Shown one piece after another: positions 13,201 to 26,420 of a DNA stretch of 64,000 bases. Within the stretch, counting starts at the first letter, position 1. Each line of letters begins with the position of its first letter. A program made the position numbers and the translations under genes. The stretch is from Eledone cirrhosa (lineage: Eukaryota). The notes beneath the pieces were generated by a model. That model was given only the letters and a program-made list of their open reading frames with translations, was not told the origin of the DNA and ran no database searches. The stretch covers positions 67,332,001 to 67,396,000 of the forward strand of contig OZ024747.1 in NCBI GenBank assembly GCA_964016885.1. Reading direction: 5' to 3'.

Positions 13201-14070
13201 AACATACATAGGTGAAACAGCCCGTAGCATACGAGAGAGGATAAGTGAACACTGGCGAGAACTCCAGATTAGGAAAAACTCATCAGTACCCCACCAACAT
13301 GCCAAAATAGAATATAGGGACACATTGGAGAACATAGAGATAAAAATGATATCCAGGCACAGAAAAGATGCAATGCTCAGACAAATCACAAAGGCGACAA
13401 ACGAACTCCAACCAAAATGAAACAGAAAACATGAGTGGAATAGCAACATCACAACTAGTAATTAAGGAGAAAATGAAGACATACAGACACATACAAAAAC
13501 CAAAATAACAAAGCAAATTAGACACACACAGATAGACCAAACAACCAACTAGTGACAAGTAAACAAACACATAAATAAATAAATGAATAAACACACATAC
13601 ATATACCCCACACACACGGATGTAACGCATGCGCAAACTGAGCACACAACACACAACATACAAAAATAAGATGTTGTAGGACAGAACAAAGGAAGGACAC
13701 AAAATAAAAACCCAGTCACTGAGGAGGTCACAGAATGTGTGACGAAAGAGCGTTGACAATATATAAACAACCATCCGGTTATCGAACCAACCAACCGGAA
13801 ATTTATAATAAATTGAAGTAAAAACCACCAGGTGCGTGTGTTTTATTTGCAGCATGACCCTCCCAAAGTATAACAATATATATATATATAAATAAAGATT
13901 CAGCGAGAATCGCATTTCGGTGGGCAGGAAAGGCGAAACGAACGCAAAAATCAGAAATGACACTGGCAAAGTGCTCAATAGTTAAAAACCAGAGCTAAAC
14001 AATGTGTTAAGAAGCCATACAAAACTGAGAAAGTGGTCAAGAAAGCATTAACCACCCAAGCCAAAAAACC
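10240..14070 (+). mobile_element. Decayed Penelope-like element (RT, GIY-YIG endonuclease, pseudo-LTR)
   Basis: RT motifs LYGLRKDHK, PTRPV, SMDVVSLYPSID, YSRYVDDI, LPVLD. GIY-YIG relic NVVYSIRC..YIGETARSIRERISEH at about 13140-13260. Hammerhead-like motif at about 13715-13757. A ~23-nt tandem duplication at about 12557-12600 breaks the frame. Confidence 0.9.
13715..13757 (+). ncRNA. Degenerate hammerhead ribozyme motif in the Penelope pseudo-LTR
   Basis: gtca-CTGAGGA-g-gtcaca-gaatg-tgtgac-GAAA-gagcgt-tgac. The cleavage triplet is imperfect. Confidence 0.55.
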
Positions 14071-14079
14071 AATATATAT

Positions 14080-14591
14080 ATATATTGGTAAAAGGAAAAG
14101 AAAATGCTGACAAATTGTTCCCAGTGAAAAATAGTTTAATTAGGAATAAGTATTGGTTAGTATTCAGTTTTGGTTTTAAGTTTTTACCGGTTGCGTATTT
14201 CTAATGCTTTTCAAAAATAATTTTGAGATAGAGCGCCCGTGATGTTTGCTCTAATCTGATTAGTTTTGGAAATTCTACCTGTTTTATGTGAAAAAAGTGG
14301 CTCCAGATGTATTAAAATGAGTTTCGCGCCAATTCGTGTTGCAAAAATTCTTGTGGTCAAAACAATTTTGATTGGTCGGTAGAGGTCATGTGAATGTTAA
14401 AAATTGATTTTGCGCCAAATGTAGGTTTGTCTCGGCTGATTGAGAAGTCACTGAAAAATAAGTCTTTTAAGACAAATATGTGTGTGTGTGTGTAGTAGTA
14501 AAGAGGTTCATTGTTGTGATAATGGTCAGTAGGGATGTGTGTGTGAATTGCAATCATGTTGACAGGTCAACAGTTCAGGTGCCTATTAAGA

Positions 14592-14646
<55 letters not shown>

Positions 14647-15560
14647 CAGAGTAATTCATGGTAGAGGGATTGGTCAGTAGGAATGTGTCTGTACGTGTGT
14701 GGGGGATATTTTAACATGTTAAAAGATATTTTTCAGCTCTTATCTTATACGGAGAAGTGTGTGTGTGTGTGTGTATGTCTCTTTGTATGTTAGTGTACGC
14801 GTGTGTATGTGTGTGTGTATATATATGTGTGTCTGTGTATATGTGTGTATGTGTGTGTGTGGGTGGGTGGGTGGACCAGTATTTTTGTGATACTGGTCAA
14901 AATGGCGTACATTATTCGATATTTTCAGTAAAAACGATTCTCTCAATAGAACATCAAAAACTTTAATAATAAAAGGTGTGAAATGCCAATACTATATATC
15001 ATTTCACACCTTTTAATATTAAGGTTTTTGATGTTCTATTGAGAGAATCGTTTTTACTGAAAATATCGAATAATGTACGCCATTTTGACCAGTATCACAA
15101 AAATACTGGTCCACCCACCCACCCACACACACACATACACACATATACACACACACACACACATATATACACACACACATACACACGCGTACACTAACAT
15201 ACAAAGAGACATACACACACACACTCACACACACACTTCTCCGTATAAGACAAGAGCTGAAAAATATCTTTCAACATGTTAAAATATCCCACACACACGT
15301 ACAGACACATTCCTACTGACCTATCCCTCTACCACGAATTACTCTGCTACATACACACACACACACACACACACACTTGTCTTAATAGGCACCTGAACTG
15401 TTGACCTGTCAACATGACTGCAATTCAAACCACATCCCTACTGACCATTATCACAACAATGAACCTCTTTACTACTACACACACACACACATATTTGTCT
15501 TAAAAGACTTATTTTTCCGTGACAATTTGTCAGCATTTTCTTTTCCTTTTACCAATATAT
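14080..15560. repeat. Long palindrome (inverted duplication) centred at about 14993
   Basis: 14447-14985 is the reverse complement of 15000-15523 with a ~14-nt spacer. 15524-15560 matches 14081-14116, so the right arm lacks 14117-14446. Confidence 0.92.
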
Positions 15561-15961
15561 CATAACTCGTGTGTTACACCTCTATTCTTTTAAATATATA
15601 TATATATATATATATATAATCATGTAGCTTCCATAACCAAAAGTGTATGTGCTACTTATTGTAGCTAATCATTAGTTTTAAATGCGTAAATATTTACGAC
15701 TTTGATTCCATCCATATATTCAGATTTGTTTGCATAATTCAAGGAGTTTAATCCGTGCTGCTAGTCGAGTGAGTTATGTCCCTTGAAAAAATGTTTTTTA
15801 TATATGTGTTACTTTTGTTTGTTTTTTTGTTTTTTTTTGCTACATATTCCTGGGAGGGCCGTGAAATCAGAGTTCTCAGACACGCTTTCCAGAGCGTCCT
15901 ATCAGAAGCAACCGCATCTAATTAATCCGACTGAAAACCCAAGCGAGACCAATCGATCTCA

Positions 15962-16150
15962 TGGATTGGCAGTATCGGTAGAGGGTCGGACGCTATGCTT
16001 TGACGCATAGAGTTACGGCCCTTGCCATTCTGAGTTCAAATCCCGCTGAGGTAAACTTTGCTTTCATCCCTACGGGGTCGATAAAATAAAGTACCAGTAA
16101 TACACTGAGTAATTGCTGGCCTTATGCCAAAAGTAGAAACAATTATTATT
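15962..16150 (+). mobile_element. tRNA-derived SINE family A (Meta-like central domain, (ATT)n tail)
   Basis: A box tggcagtatcgg, B box gagttcaaatccc, core ctttcatcc.tacggggtcgataaaataaagtacc. Other copies at about 1695-1800, 21865-21960, 29362-29475, 40664-40815, 41770-41860, 42100-42290, 46003-46100, 51870-52225, 59060-59130. Confidence 0.85.
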
Positions 16151-16235
16151 ATCAATCATGTTAATTACTCAGATATAACAGAAATACAGGAGCAGAGACA
16201 TAAAACAGCGCAGGTGTGTTTCTATGATATGTGAA

Positions 16236-16427
16236 TAATTGTTTCTACTTTTGGCACAAGATCAGCAATTACCCAGTGTATTACTGGTACTTTATTTTAT
16301 CGACCCCGTAGGGATGAAAGGCAAAGTTAACCTCGGCATGATCTGAACTCAGAATGGAAAGAGCCGCAACTCTATGCGTTAAAGCATGACGTCCGACCCT
16401 CTACCGATACTGCCAATCCACCGCCCT
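16236..16427 (-). mobile_element. SINE family A, inverted partner of 15962-16150
   Basis: Reverse complement of the family A consensus, about 85 nt from the + copy. Confidence 0.85.
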
Positions 16428-16708
16428 CATAATATGTGAATAATTATTAATTAGTTATAACTGATTAATTCATTGTTGCATGTACATGCAGGCTTCTCAC
16501 CTGTATAGGAATGATTGTAGAGATTAAAGATGGATTTGATTTTAAAATCTTGGTTTTCTTCAATTTATATATTTATGCTGTCGCCCTCACTGATTTTAAC
16601 AGTAAGAACTATTTCGATAGTTTTGAATCCCTATTTACTGTAGACCTCAAGCTTGCATTGAGCTTTTAGCTTTTCACACCTTATATATATATACATACAT
16701 ATATATAT

Positions 16709-16813
<105 letters not shown>

Positions 16814-17530
16814 ACTGTATCACGTGTTAACTCCTCCCTCCGCCTCTCGAGACTTTCTCACTTGCTACGAACGCGTCAAGAAACAGTCCTTTTTTCTGGG
16901 GGTCTCTTGATAAGCTGTATCAATCTCACAGCGATGACATATTTTTATAGTGCAGATATTGTTGCACACAGATCGGCGAAACTGCAGTCGGGACTTTGAT
17001 GAAAAAATAGGTATATTTTTGTCTATTATTTTCTCATATTTTGTAATTTGATAAACAGCTCTGATTATTGAGTAATTTTAATTATTTTGATTATTTTAGC
17101 TCTACCGTTATCGAGCAAAACTTGTTAAAGCGGACACCCCATACACACATATACATATGAATATGTATGTGTATTTCATTATTATATTGTGCCAAACTCC
17201 CCTTTGGTCGAGTTAACCAGGAGTGTACTAACTACTACTTCTAGTAAATACATTATTCGCTCATTATCCACCTTACTACTCTTCTGGGACCACTGTATCA
17301 CGTGTTAATTCCTTCCTCCGCCTCTCGAGACTTTCTCACTTGCTACGAACGCGTCAAGAAACAGTCCTTTTTTCTGAGAGGTCGCTCAATAAGCCGTATC
17401 AACCTCACAGTGATGATGCAATTTTATAGTGCAGAAATTGTTGCTCACGGATCGGCGAAACTGCAGTAGTGACTTTGAAGAAAAAATAGGTAAACTGTTG
17501 TCTGCTATTTCCTCATATGTTGTAATTTGA
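16814..17530. repeat. ~235-bp direct repeat pair (16814-17050 and 17292-17530)
   Basis: Both copies start actgtatcacgtgttaa..cctccgcctctcgagactttctc and end tgtaatttga. Confidence 0.85.
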
Positions 17531-17559
17531 TATATACACACACGCAGTCAAACAAATGA

Positions 17560-17960
17560 AAATTAATTAATTAATAAATAATGAATATAATGAAAATATA
17601 TATACGAACGCACACACACACATACACACACAATCATAACAGCATATACACACACATGCCTGGCAACACATAGACACACACGCGTGCTTGACATCACTGA
17701 CAAACATACACACACCCAAAAGATGGGGAAAAAATTATTTGGAAATTGACTGTTTATTGATAAGGTCACAGTGGTGTGACGAAAGTTATTTAACAAAGTC
17801 TTAAAAACGTTCGTTAATAATAAAGAAGTTTAATTAATATTAAAGAAGTGTGTACAACCAGTGCGTGTTTTTATTGGTAAAATGACCCTCCAAAAATACA
17901 ACAATATTAGTTTCAACTCACAGTTTCGCATACAAAAAGATCTTGCAAAACGCGTACAAA
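17560..17960 (+). mobile_element. Penelope pseudo-LTR relic
   Basis: ggtcaca..tgtgacgaaa and cagtgcgtgtttttatt..atgaccctcc match 13725-13875. Confidence 0.6.
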
Positions 17961-18329
17961 AACTATATATATATACATATATATATATATACATATATAT
18001 ATGTATGTTTGTGTGTGTGTAGTTTTTGTACGATTTTTGTATGTATGTATGTATACATGTATGTATGTATGTATGTATGTATGTATGTATGTATGTATGT
18101 ATGTATGTATGTATGTATGTATGAGCCAAGACAAATATTAGAAAAGAAAATAGTGATGTGTAAAATGTAATATTAATAAAGTGATCGTTCAGATTGAAAG
18201 AATATCGAACTGAATGTGTTCGATCGTAAAATTGGTTTAAAGAAGTAATTGTCATATAGATGCCCAATCAAAGTGCCACTTATAGTTGTATATAGAAATA
18301 TGTATATGTATATAAGTATATGTACATAC

Positions 18330-18495
<166 letters not shown>

Positions 18496-19427
18496 ATATA
18501 AATAAAACGAATACAGAGAGAAATACTCGAATTTTCACCTATGTACCATTCAACAACCTCGTGCATCAAAATAAACATTACCATTATCTGCCTGGTGACC
18601 TATCAAATAAAATACATATAGTTTCTAATTGCTCAGTACAAGACGGACATACTCACACAGACAACTTCCATTTATATATAGAAATATGTAGTACAAAACA
18701 CATCGTAACATCTTTTACAGAAACAATATATACGTTCGTGGGTTTAGCTAAGGGAGATAACTTTTGTAAACTTATGTAAAGAAAATTTTTTCTGATCATC
18801 GCGAAAAAGAAGCGGTCGCACAAGCTCTAGTATTTGATTATCTTCTCGTCTGCGCTGCGGCACGTGGTATCCCAAATTAGAGATTTTCTTCCTTAGAATA
18901 CACCGATCTTCCAGAGTAAAGTTTATTTTCAACTGTGTTGGCAACTTGTTTAGCCCCAGGTCAATTCTGATAAAATAGACCTATGATCAAAGGCATTTTA
19001 GCCATGATTACCCCGCTTCTTAAGTGCCCCCTATGTCTATATTAGTCTAATTTGTTCTTTTTAAAGATGATAGGTTGTGTTGTTAGAGATATGTTGCTGC
19101 TATTTTCAGCAAGTAAAACGAGTGTTTATCAAGACTTAGCCACACGGTTTGAATTAATGGTATCCCATGTTTGTAATTCACTCTCCACTACCTACTCACC
19201 TAATAGAGATTTTAGAGATAGATATAAAAGTCACAATATTTATATACATATATATATATATACACACATATACATACATATACATGTGTACACACACACA
19301 CACACACACACACACATATGTATATGTGTGTGTATATACATACATACATACATACATACATACATACATACATACATACATACATACATACATACATACA
19401 TACATACATACATACATACATACATAC

Positions 19428-20038
19428 ATGGTGGCTGCCAACTCGTTTTCGAGTACGGCCACTACTTTATATCCATGTAGGAGAACCCCTACCGATGCGC
19501 TGAACGAGTGTGACTTTTTAGTCCAGCCAGCGACTTGAAAACTCTGGTACAAACACTACACTTGTGACAATTATTGACACATAGTGCTGGGCCCATGGTA
19601 CCATGTGACGACAAGTGCAGAGAGATCTCCAGATATAAAGCAATGCCTGCGCCGTGAAGCTTTTATAGTGAGCAAAGGCACTGCACAAAGCCAGTCCCAC
19701 TCTCTTAACCAAGATGATATTTACCAAAAAGAAGAACAAGTCAACATCATTGGATACCATCAGGGTTGCAGGTGTTATATCAGAGTTTTCCTTCTCCTAG
19801 AATTCTGCCTTGACAAAGGCTAAGGGGTCATCTCTCCCGGTGATTTTGGATGGCCATTGACTCTTAAGAGCTCCTTTGCCCTTTGACAGGTTTTGTTTTT
19901 AGTCCTGCAGGATGTCCAAAGTCACCCTCCTCACCAAGAAACCTTGGTGGGGTTGCCAGTTTAGTCGCCAACGACCCGACCATGAGACAGGTTGTACTGG
20001 GATACATGTTACCAGTAGCACCAACTGGTGACCTGACA
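19428..20038 (-). mobile_element. ~610-bp non-autonomous element in an (ATGT)n tract, probably RTE-derived
   Basis: Near-identical reverse complement of 28048-28655. Contains the RTE 5'UTR-like motif ctaggagaaggaaaactctga. Confidence 0.75.
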
Positions 20039-20344
20039 TACATACATACATACATATGTGTGGGAGTCTGTGTGTGTGTGTGTATGTATGTATATGTGTG
20101 TGAGGGGAGTATGTATATGTGTGTGTGTTCTGCGGTTACATTTTTCAATATATACCTATTGATATCAGGGCATGTGACTAAAACAGACTGAATATGGCAT
20201 TTATTCACAATAGCTGGTTGCAAACCTTAATTTGGTAAACTTCTGAATTGATTCACATAGATTCTATGTCAAATTTTGTATTGTATGCAAAGATATATTG
20301 AAACACACATGAAGTGCATGGGGATCACAGGGTAACCCTACTGT

Positions 20345-20399
<55 letters not shown>

Positions 20400-20401
20400 G
20401 C

Positions 20402-20432
<31 letters not shown>

Positions 20433-20547
20433 CCTGTGTGCGTCTGTCTGTGTCTGTGTCTGTGCGTCTGTGGCTGTGTCTGTGAATGTGCGTCTGTGCG
20501 TGTGTGTGTGTGTGGTGACAGACAGTCCGATAGACAGACAGACAGAC

Positions 20548-20738
<191 letters not shown>

Positions 20739-20984
20739 CAGATAACTACCAAAACTAGCCACAGATATTTTGAGAAATAGCCAGAAATACAGCAATTGAT
20801 GAATAAGTGACAAGATTTGTATGCAGGCGATACAATGGTAGTAACATGAACGGGACAAACAACTCGTTAGTCATCAGCTGTAGTAATGGACTTGCAGAGT
20901 TTCCACCCCTACCGACAGTACAGCTTGGCCATTCGTTGTCACAATATTTAATATATTAATTATACACTGTCCTGGAGTATATTA

Positions 20985-21600
20985 ATGGATGGGTAACAGG
21001 ACAAATGGATGTGAAACAAGACAAATGGATGGGAAACAGGACAGATGGATGGGAAACAGGACAGATGGATGGGAAACAGGACAAATGGAGGGGAAACAGG
21101 ACAGATGGATGGGAGACAAGACACATGGAGGGGAAACAGGACAGATGGATGGGAGACAGGACAGATGGATGAGAAATGAGTCAAATTGATGGGAAACAGG
21201 ACAGATGGATGGGTAACAAGACAAATGGAGTGGAAACAAGACAAATGGAGGGGAAACAAGACAAATTGATGGGAAACAGGACAGATGGATGGGAAATAGT
21301 ACAGATGGAGGGAAAACAAGACAAATGGATGAGAGACACGACAAATGGATGAGTAACAAGACAAATGGATGAGTAACAAGACAAATGGATGAGAAACAAG
21401 ACAAATGGATGAGTAATGAGACAGGTAGAGGGGAAACAAGATAAATGGAAGGGAAACAAGATAAATGGATGGGAAACAGGACTGATGGATGAGTAACAAG
21501 ACAAATGGATGGGAGACAAGTCAAATGGATGGGAAACAGGACAAATGGGTGGGAATCAGGACAAATGGATGAGTAACAAGACAAATGGCTGGGAAATATA
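20985..21600. repeat. 20-bp minisatellite (ggatgggaaacaggacaaat), about 30 copies
   Basis: Direct reading. Confidence 0.95.
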
Positions 21601-21964
21601 GTACAGAACTGACACGGGAATAATAAAGTAAACAAAATGAAGAACAGAAACAGAACTTACCTGATATTACATGGCAATGACAAAATAAATGGACCAATGT
21701 ACGATAGTCAAATCAAACAATGTGTAACGAAAAACAGAAATCTCAGGGAGATTCATACAGACTAAAAACAAGAGAGAAAATTTGGATGGCACCGAGAAGA
21801 AATAATGATTACTGATGATTTAGGCCAACAATTTTTTTTGTGGGGGGAGAGGAAAGTCGATTAAATTAAAGTACCAGTGCGTTACTGGTACTCTAATTTA
21901 TCGACCCCGTAAGGATGAAAGGCAAAGCTAACCTCGGCGGGATTTGAAATCAGAATGTAAAGAG

Positions 21965-22155
21965 CTTCCTGGAGCGACTCTCTGAACTGCGAGCTATGGA
22001 CTCTTTCGAGTAACGTTACCCAAAGACCCTTCAGAGGAACCCCACTGCATGACAATAGGCAAGGGTTGACACGAATTTCGAGTTGAAGATAGCGAGTTTG
22101 GCTTTTACACTTCTCTTCTTTTGATGACCGAATTCTGAAGCTGACGCAACGGTAT
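21965..22155 (-). mobile_element. RTE-like LINE fragment
   Basis: Similar to 34450-34670 (cgagtaacgttac, gcgagtttgg..tttacac). Confidence 0.6.
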
Positions 22156-22482
22156 TACATAATCAGTTATAATAATAATAATACAAGAGAGAAAACAGAA
22201 TAATGGCGACGAAGGAATTTTTCTTGAACACCTATAGCAAAACATATAAGATTTAATGTATACTGTCCATTCAGTGGAAACCACTTATTGAGATCACTTT
22301 GGAAGAGAAATTTTTAGATTTTTAGAAAACAATAACTGACTGAAACATTAATATTAACATCATCCTGAGCGTGTTTGGAGACATCAATGTTGACAATAAC
22401 CACCGTCACCATAAATGGCTTCCACAATGAGTATGTCTGTGTGTGTACGTGTATACATACATACATATACAGTATATGTATG

Positions 22483-22535
<53 letters not shown>

Positions 22536-22884
22536 GGCCCCAATATTTAAGGGGTCCCAAATTAATGTTTTTGCTATTATACATAATACGGAAGGGGCCC
22601 CCATGTATGTTTAATCTGTTCCTGACTGGAAGTGTTGGTGAGAGTATTTGCTAATGAATAATCCCATTATATTTTTAAAATATGAGTGATAGTTCGGCAA
22701 ATGGCAAAGTAAGAATGATTGCGTTTCTTTGAAATGTCAGATATTTATGTTTTCGTGGTTCCATTTATTGGGGTAAATTACTGTAGAATTGTGATTCTCA
22801 AACGGGGGGGGGGGGCACTTGGCTTCCAGAGGAGGATTTTAAGCCAATGAGGGAACTTGGGACGAATTCACACTGGAAGAGAAT

Positions 22885-23315
22885 AATGTACATTGTGTAT
22901 ATATCAAATGAAGTACCAATATACCCAACTATAGTGTATATTGTGTATATATCAAATGAAGTACAAATATACCCAACTACAGTGTATATTGTGTATATAT
23001 CAAATGAAGAACCAATATACCCAACTATAGTGTACGTTGTGTATATATTAAACGAAGTACCAATATATCCAGCTATAGTGTATATTATATATATATCAAA
23101 TGAAATTCCAATATACTTAACTATTGTGAACGTTGTGCATTTATCAAATGAAATACCAGTATACCCAGCTATAGTGTACATTATGTATATATCAAATAAA
23201 ATACCAATATTCCCAACTGCATTGTGTATATTGTGTATATATCAAATAAAATACCATTATACCAAACTATAGTGTATATTGTGCATATATCAAATGAAAT
23301 ATCAATAAATCCAGT
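22885..23315. repeat. 48-bp minisatellite, about 9 copies
   Basis: Unit atagtgtatattgtgtatatatcaaatgaagtaccaatatacccaact. Confidence 0.93.
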
Positions 23316-24031
23316 TATAAGGGCAATCACGAATTAACAGTTTACAAAAAAAATAATTGTTTTAGTAAATTGTTTTAATAATTAACAACTGTAAAGGTAT
23401 AATTGTGAAAAATTATTAGATTGCAATTCAAAATCGAGGAGGAATAAAGGAAACCTGCGGTCGCAAGGGGAGGAACGTGGCCTGGGCCTCTGAGAACCAC
23501 TGCTAGAGAGAAAGGGAACGAGAGAGAGAGAGAGAGAGTAAAAAGGGTTAGTAACAATTGGAGATAACTATGGGATTGACTGTCAGGAATTGAACGGATA
23601 AAGTCAAGCCGTATTATCTTGTTCGATTGGAATAATCCTGGAAGATATTCTCAGTTCTGTGTGTAAAATGGTAATGTTTCAAGTTGAGTGGTGGGGTTTA
23701 TTGTGGTAGTGGGAGATTATTTTAGAGCGAAATCATAAATAATTTCTTGTGTAAAAAATTCCAGCCAAAAACAGTTGAAATTTTCAAGGACGGTAACTCT
23801 AGGAAAAAAAATCATTTTCATTGCATTATGGAAATCAGTCAATTGAGTTCACAAAATTGAATAAGTTCATTTGTTGTAGTATAGTGAATATTTTAACATT
23901 TTCTAGTGTGGTGTTGTGACTGTTATAACAATTTGGACAGGGACCTTTGAAGTAATATGATTAGAAATACTTTATACGTGCACTAGTGTATGCGTGCTGT
24001 GTCTAGTATCTTTAGTGCAAAAAAACAACAT

Positions 24032-24092
<61 letters not shown>

Positions 24093-24280
24093 GCTTTGGC
24101 ACGCTAACTGTCAACATATATAAACACATCTCTATTGTATAAATAAAAACTTGTTGAAATACAACTGTCTCGCTTCTCAATCACTACAACCTTTACCAAA
24201 GAACTAGTAATAGTTTTGAACATAGGTACAAGGCAGGTTACGTGGTGGGTGATAAGTCGATTATATTGAAAGACAACGTT

Positions 24281-24318
<38 letters not shown>

Positions 24319-24651
24319 GAGTTATTCTACAGCCAGCAAATCAATCTAAAGATCACCTTACTTCTAACCTCCACCCGATCCTCCCCGATTAACACCACTG
24401 CCACCACTATTGAACTCATCCAATCACCACCCACCTAGACCAGTGCCTAGGCCCATGGCAGGACTTCACTGCGAGACAAAACCCTGTTGTATTTTAGTTA
24501 CCAGTGACTAACACTGCTTCGTTAATTTAATGTGAGGCAGGAAAAAATATGGGATTGTTCTGTTATTGAAAAGGTGCAAATAGGACAAACCAGATAAAAG
24601 AGAATATAAATAAATTAATTGGTTATCTGATTAATTAATTAGGGGTTTAGT

Positions 24652-24657
24652 TTTATT
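24652..24657 (-). terminator. Candidate polyadenylation signal (AATAAA) of the desaturase
   Basis: tttatt on the + strand, about 135 nt past the stop codon. Confidence 0.45.
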
Positions 24658-24790
24658 GCTCTGTGGGGAACTGGTTAAAAAAATAGAAAAATATGTATTT
24701 AGCAACCAAATGTGTCCAAAGGTGGGCAAGAAATTTCAGTGCTGGGAATTAAAAGAAGAATTTGAAAAATTGACCTAATAATTGCAAGAA

Positions 24791-25897
24791 TCATTTGTAA
24801 ACATGTACCTGGGTGGAGTCACTGATTATTGACTGGCTGGCATATTTCTTGAACATCTGCCAAAATGTGGGGAGTATCGGGTCGGTGTAATAGTGCACTA
24901 GATGGGGGAAAGCTTTACGGAAGTGCCTAGTGGCTTCTAGGAGATGATAATGGGGTACTATACTAAAGAGGTGATGTATTTGGTGTGTACCAATGTCGTG
25001 TGTAAGTCCATGCACCCAGCCATAATCCCTGTCGATTGAGGACAGTTGCCCAGAGACGTAGGACCATTGACTGTCTGAATACCATGGTATGTTGACGTCG
25101 TGATGGTGTAAGAATGTGAAAACTACCATGTAGGTAGAGAACACAAAGAGAGGAATGACATAATGGTGAACCAACATAAGAAAACCTTTCTCTTGATAAA
25201 ACATGTAGAGAATATACGCCATTAGGAAGTCTCCTAGAAACGACAAAACACATCCCAGTCGATGGTTCTGGAAGAGGAAATGGAATAGATTAAAATGGTT
25301 GACTTGTCGTGGCTTGTAACCCCGGACTAAATAACCAAACCAGCCTAATCCAAGTCCAAATCCAGGTAAAAGCTTGGTAGCATCCTTCCTACATTTCTTC
25401 TTGATGGGATAATAAACTTCATCTTTATCGATATTTCCAGTGTTTTTGTGGTGGTTTTTGTGCGACAGCTTCCAAGTATAGTACGGACACAGCAGGAAAG
25501 AATGGAGAATAGTCCCCATGGTGTCGTTTAGGAGAGGGAAATGGGAGAAAGAACCATGTCCGCAGTCGTGACCCAGAACAAAGATAGCTGTAAACATTGT
25601 CCCCTGTAGGAACCAGAACAGTGGTATATGTACAAATGTTGTCACCGCTGGTAAATTATTCATGGCCCACTCACTACATACGTAGAGAACCACCATACTA
25701 ACTACATCACGTACAACGTAGTACATTGAGGTCGATACTTTAGGGTTAAAACATTCCGCTGGTATCACTTGTTTGATCTGTGTAATTGTTGGCAAGTTCC
25801 GCGGTACACCATCTTTAAAGAGTTCCTCAACTTCAGCTTCTTGTTCTTTAGTTGGGGACATCGAAGCGGCTCCATCGCAGTCTTCTTCCAATACCAT
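24791..25897 (-). CDS. Methyl-end (omega-x; delta12/omega-3 type) fatty acid desaturase, 368 aa, single coding exon
   Basis: Intact ORF with the three membrane-desaturase His boxes (GHDCGH, HKNHH, HQIHH), FA_desaturase-like context (VIPAECF, IDRDYG, VPHYHL) and hydrophobic TM segments. It has no N-terminal cytochrome b5 HPGG motif. Kozak context is accATGG. Confidence 0.96.
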   Translation of the reverse strand: MVLEEDCDGAASMSPTKEQEAEVEELFKDGVPRNLPTITQIKQVIPAECFNPKVSTSMYYVVRDVVSMVVLYVCSEWAMNNLPAVTTFVHIPLFWFLQGTMFTAIFVLGHDCGHGSFSHFPLLNDTMGTILHSFLLCPYYTWKLSHKNHHKNTGNIDKDEVYYPIKKKCRKDATKLLPGFGLGLGWFGYLVRGYKPRQVNHFNLFHFLFQNHRLGCVLSFLGDFLMAYILYMFYQEKGFLMLVHHYVIPLFVFSTYMVVFTFLHHHDVNIPWYSDSQWSYVSGQLSSIDRDYGWVHGLTHDIGTHQIHHLFSIVPHYHLLEATRHFRKAFPHLVHYYTDPILPTFWQMFKKYASQSIISDSTQVHVYK

Positions 25898-25906
25898 GGT
25901 GACTGA

Positions 25907-25938
25907 CTGGTGAAAAAATACAAAAGTTAAACAGAAGA
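25907..25938 (-). promoter_or_regulatory. 3' splice acceptor (branch point, polypyrimidine tract, CAG) just upstream of the desaturase ATG
   Basis: Minus strand reads tactaat-gtttcttctgtttaacttttgtattttttcac-cag|tcagtcaccATGG. Confidence 0.75.
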
Positions 25939-25954
25939 AACATTAGTAATATAT

Positions 25955-26420
25955 GTGTATAATATATGTTTTGTGATATGTGTTATATATATATGTATAA
26001 TATATGTTTTGTGATATGTGTGTAGTTTATATGTATAATATATGTTTTGTGATATGTGTTATATATATATGTATAATATATGTTTTGTGATATGTGTGTA
26101 GTTTATATGTATAATATATGTTTTGTGATATGTGTTATATATATATGTATAATATATGTTTTGTGATATGTGTTATATATATATGTATAATATATGTTTT
26201 GTGATATGTGTTATATATATATGTATAATATATGTTTTGTGATATGTGTTATATATATATGTATAATATATGTTTTGTGATATGTGTTATATATATATGT
26301 ATAATATATGTTTTGTGATATGTGTTATATATATATGTATAATATATGTTTTGTAATATGTTTTATATATATATGTATAATATATTTTTGTGATATGTGT
26401 GTAATATATAAATGTGAAAT
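25955..26420. repeat. 38-bp minisatellite in the desaturase 5' intron, about 12 copies
   Basis: Unit gtataatatatgttttgtgatatgtgttatatatatat. Confidence 0.95.

Noticed and set aside
19518-19823. 79-80-aa ORFs conserved between 19.5 kb and 28.3 kb
   Set aside because: The conservation just reflects near-identical repeat copies; there is no domain signature.
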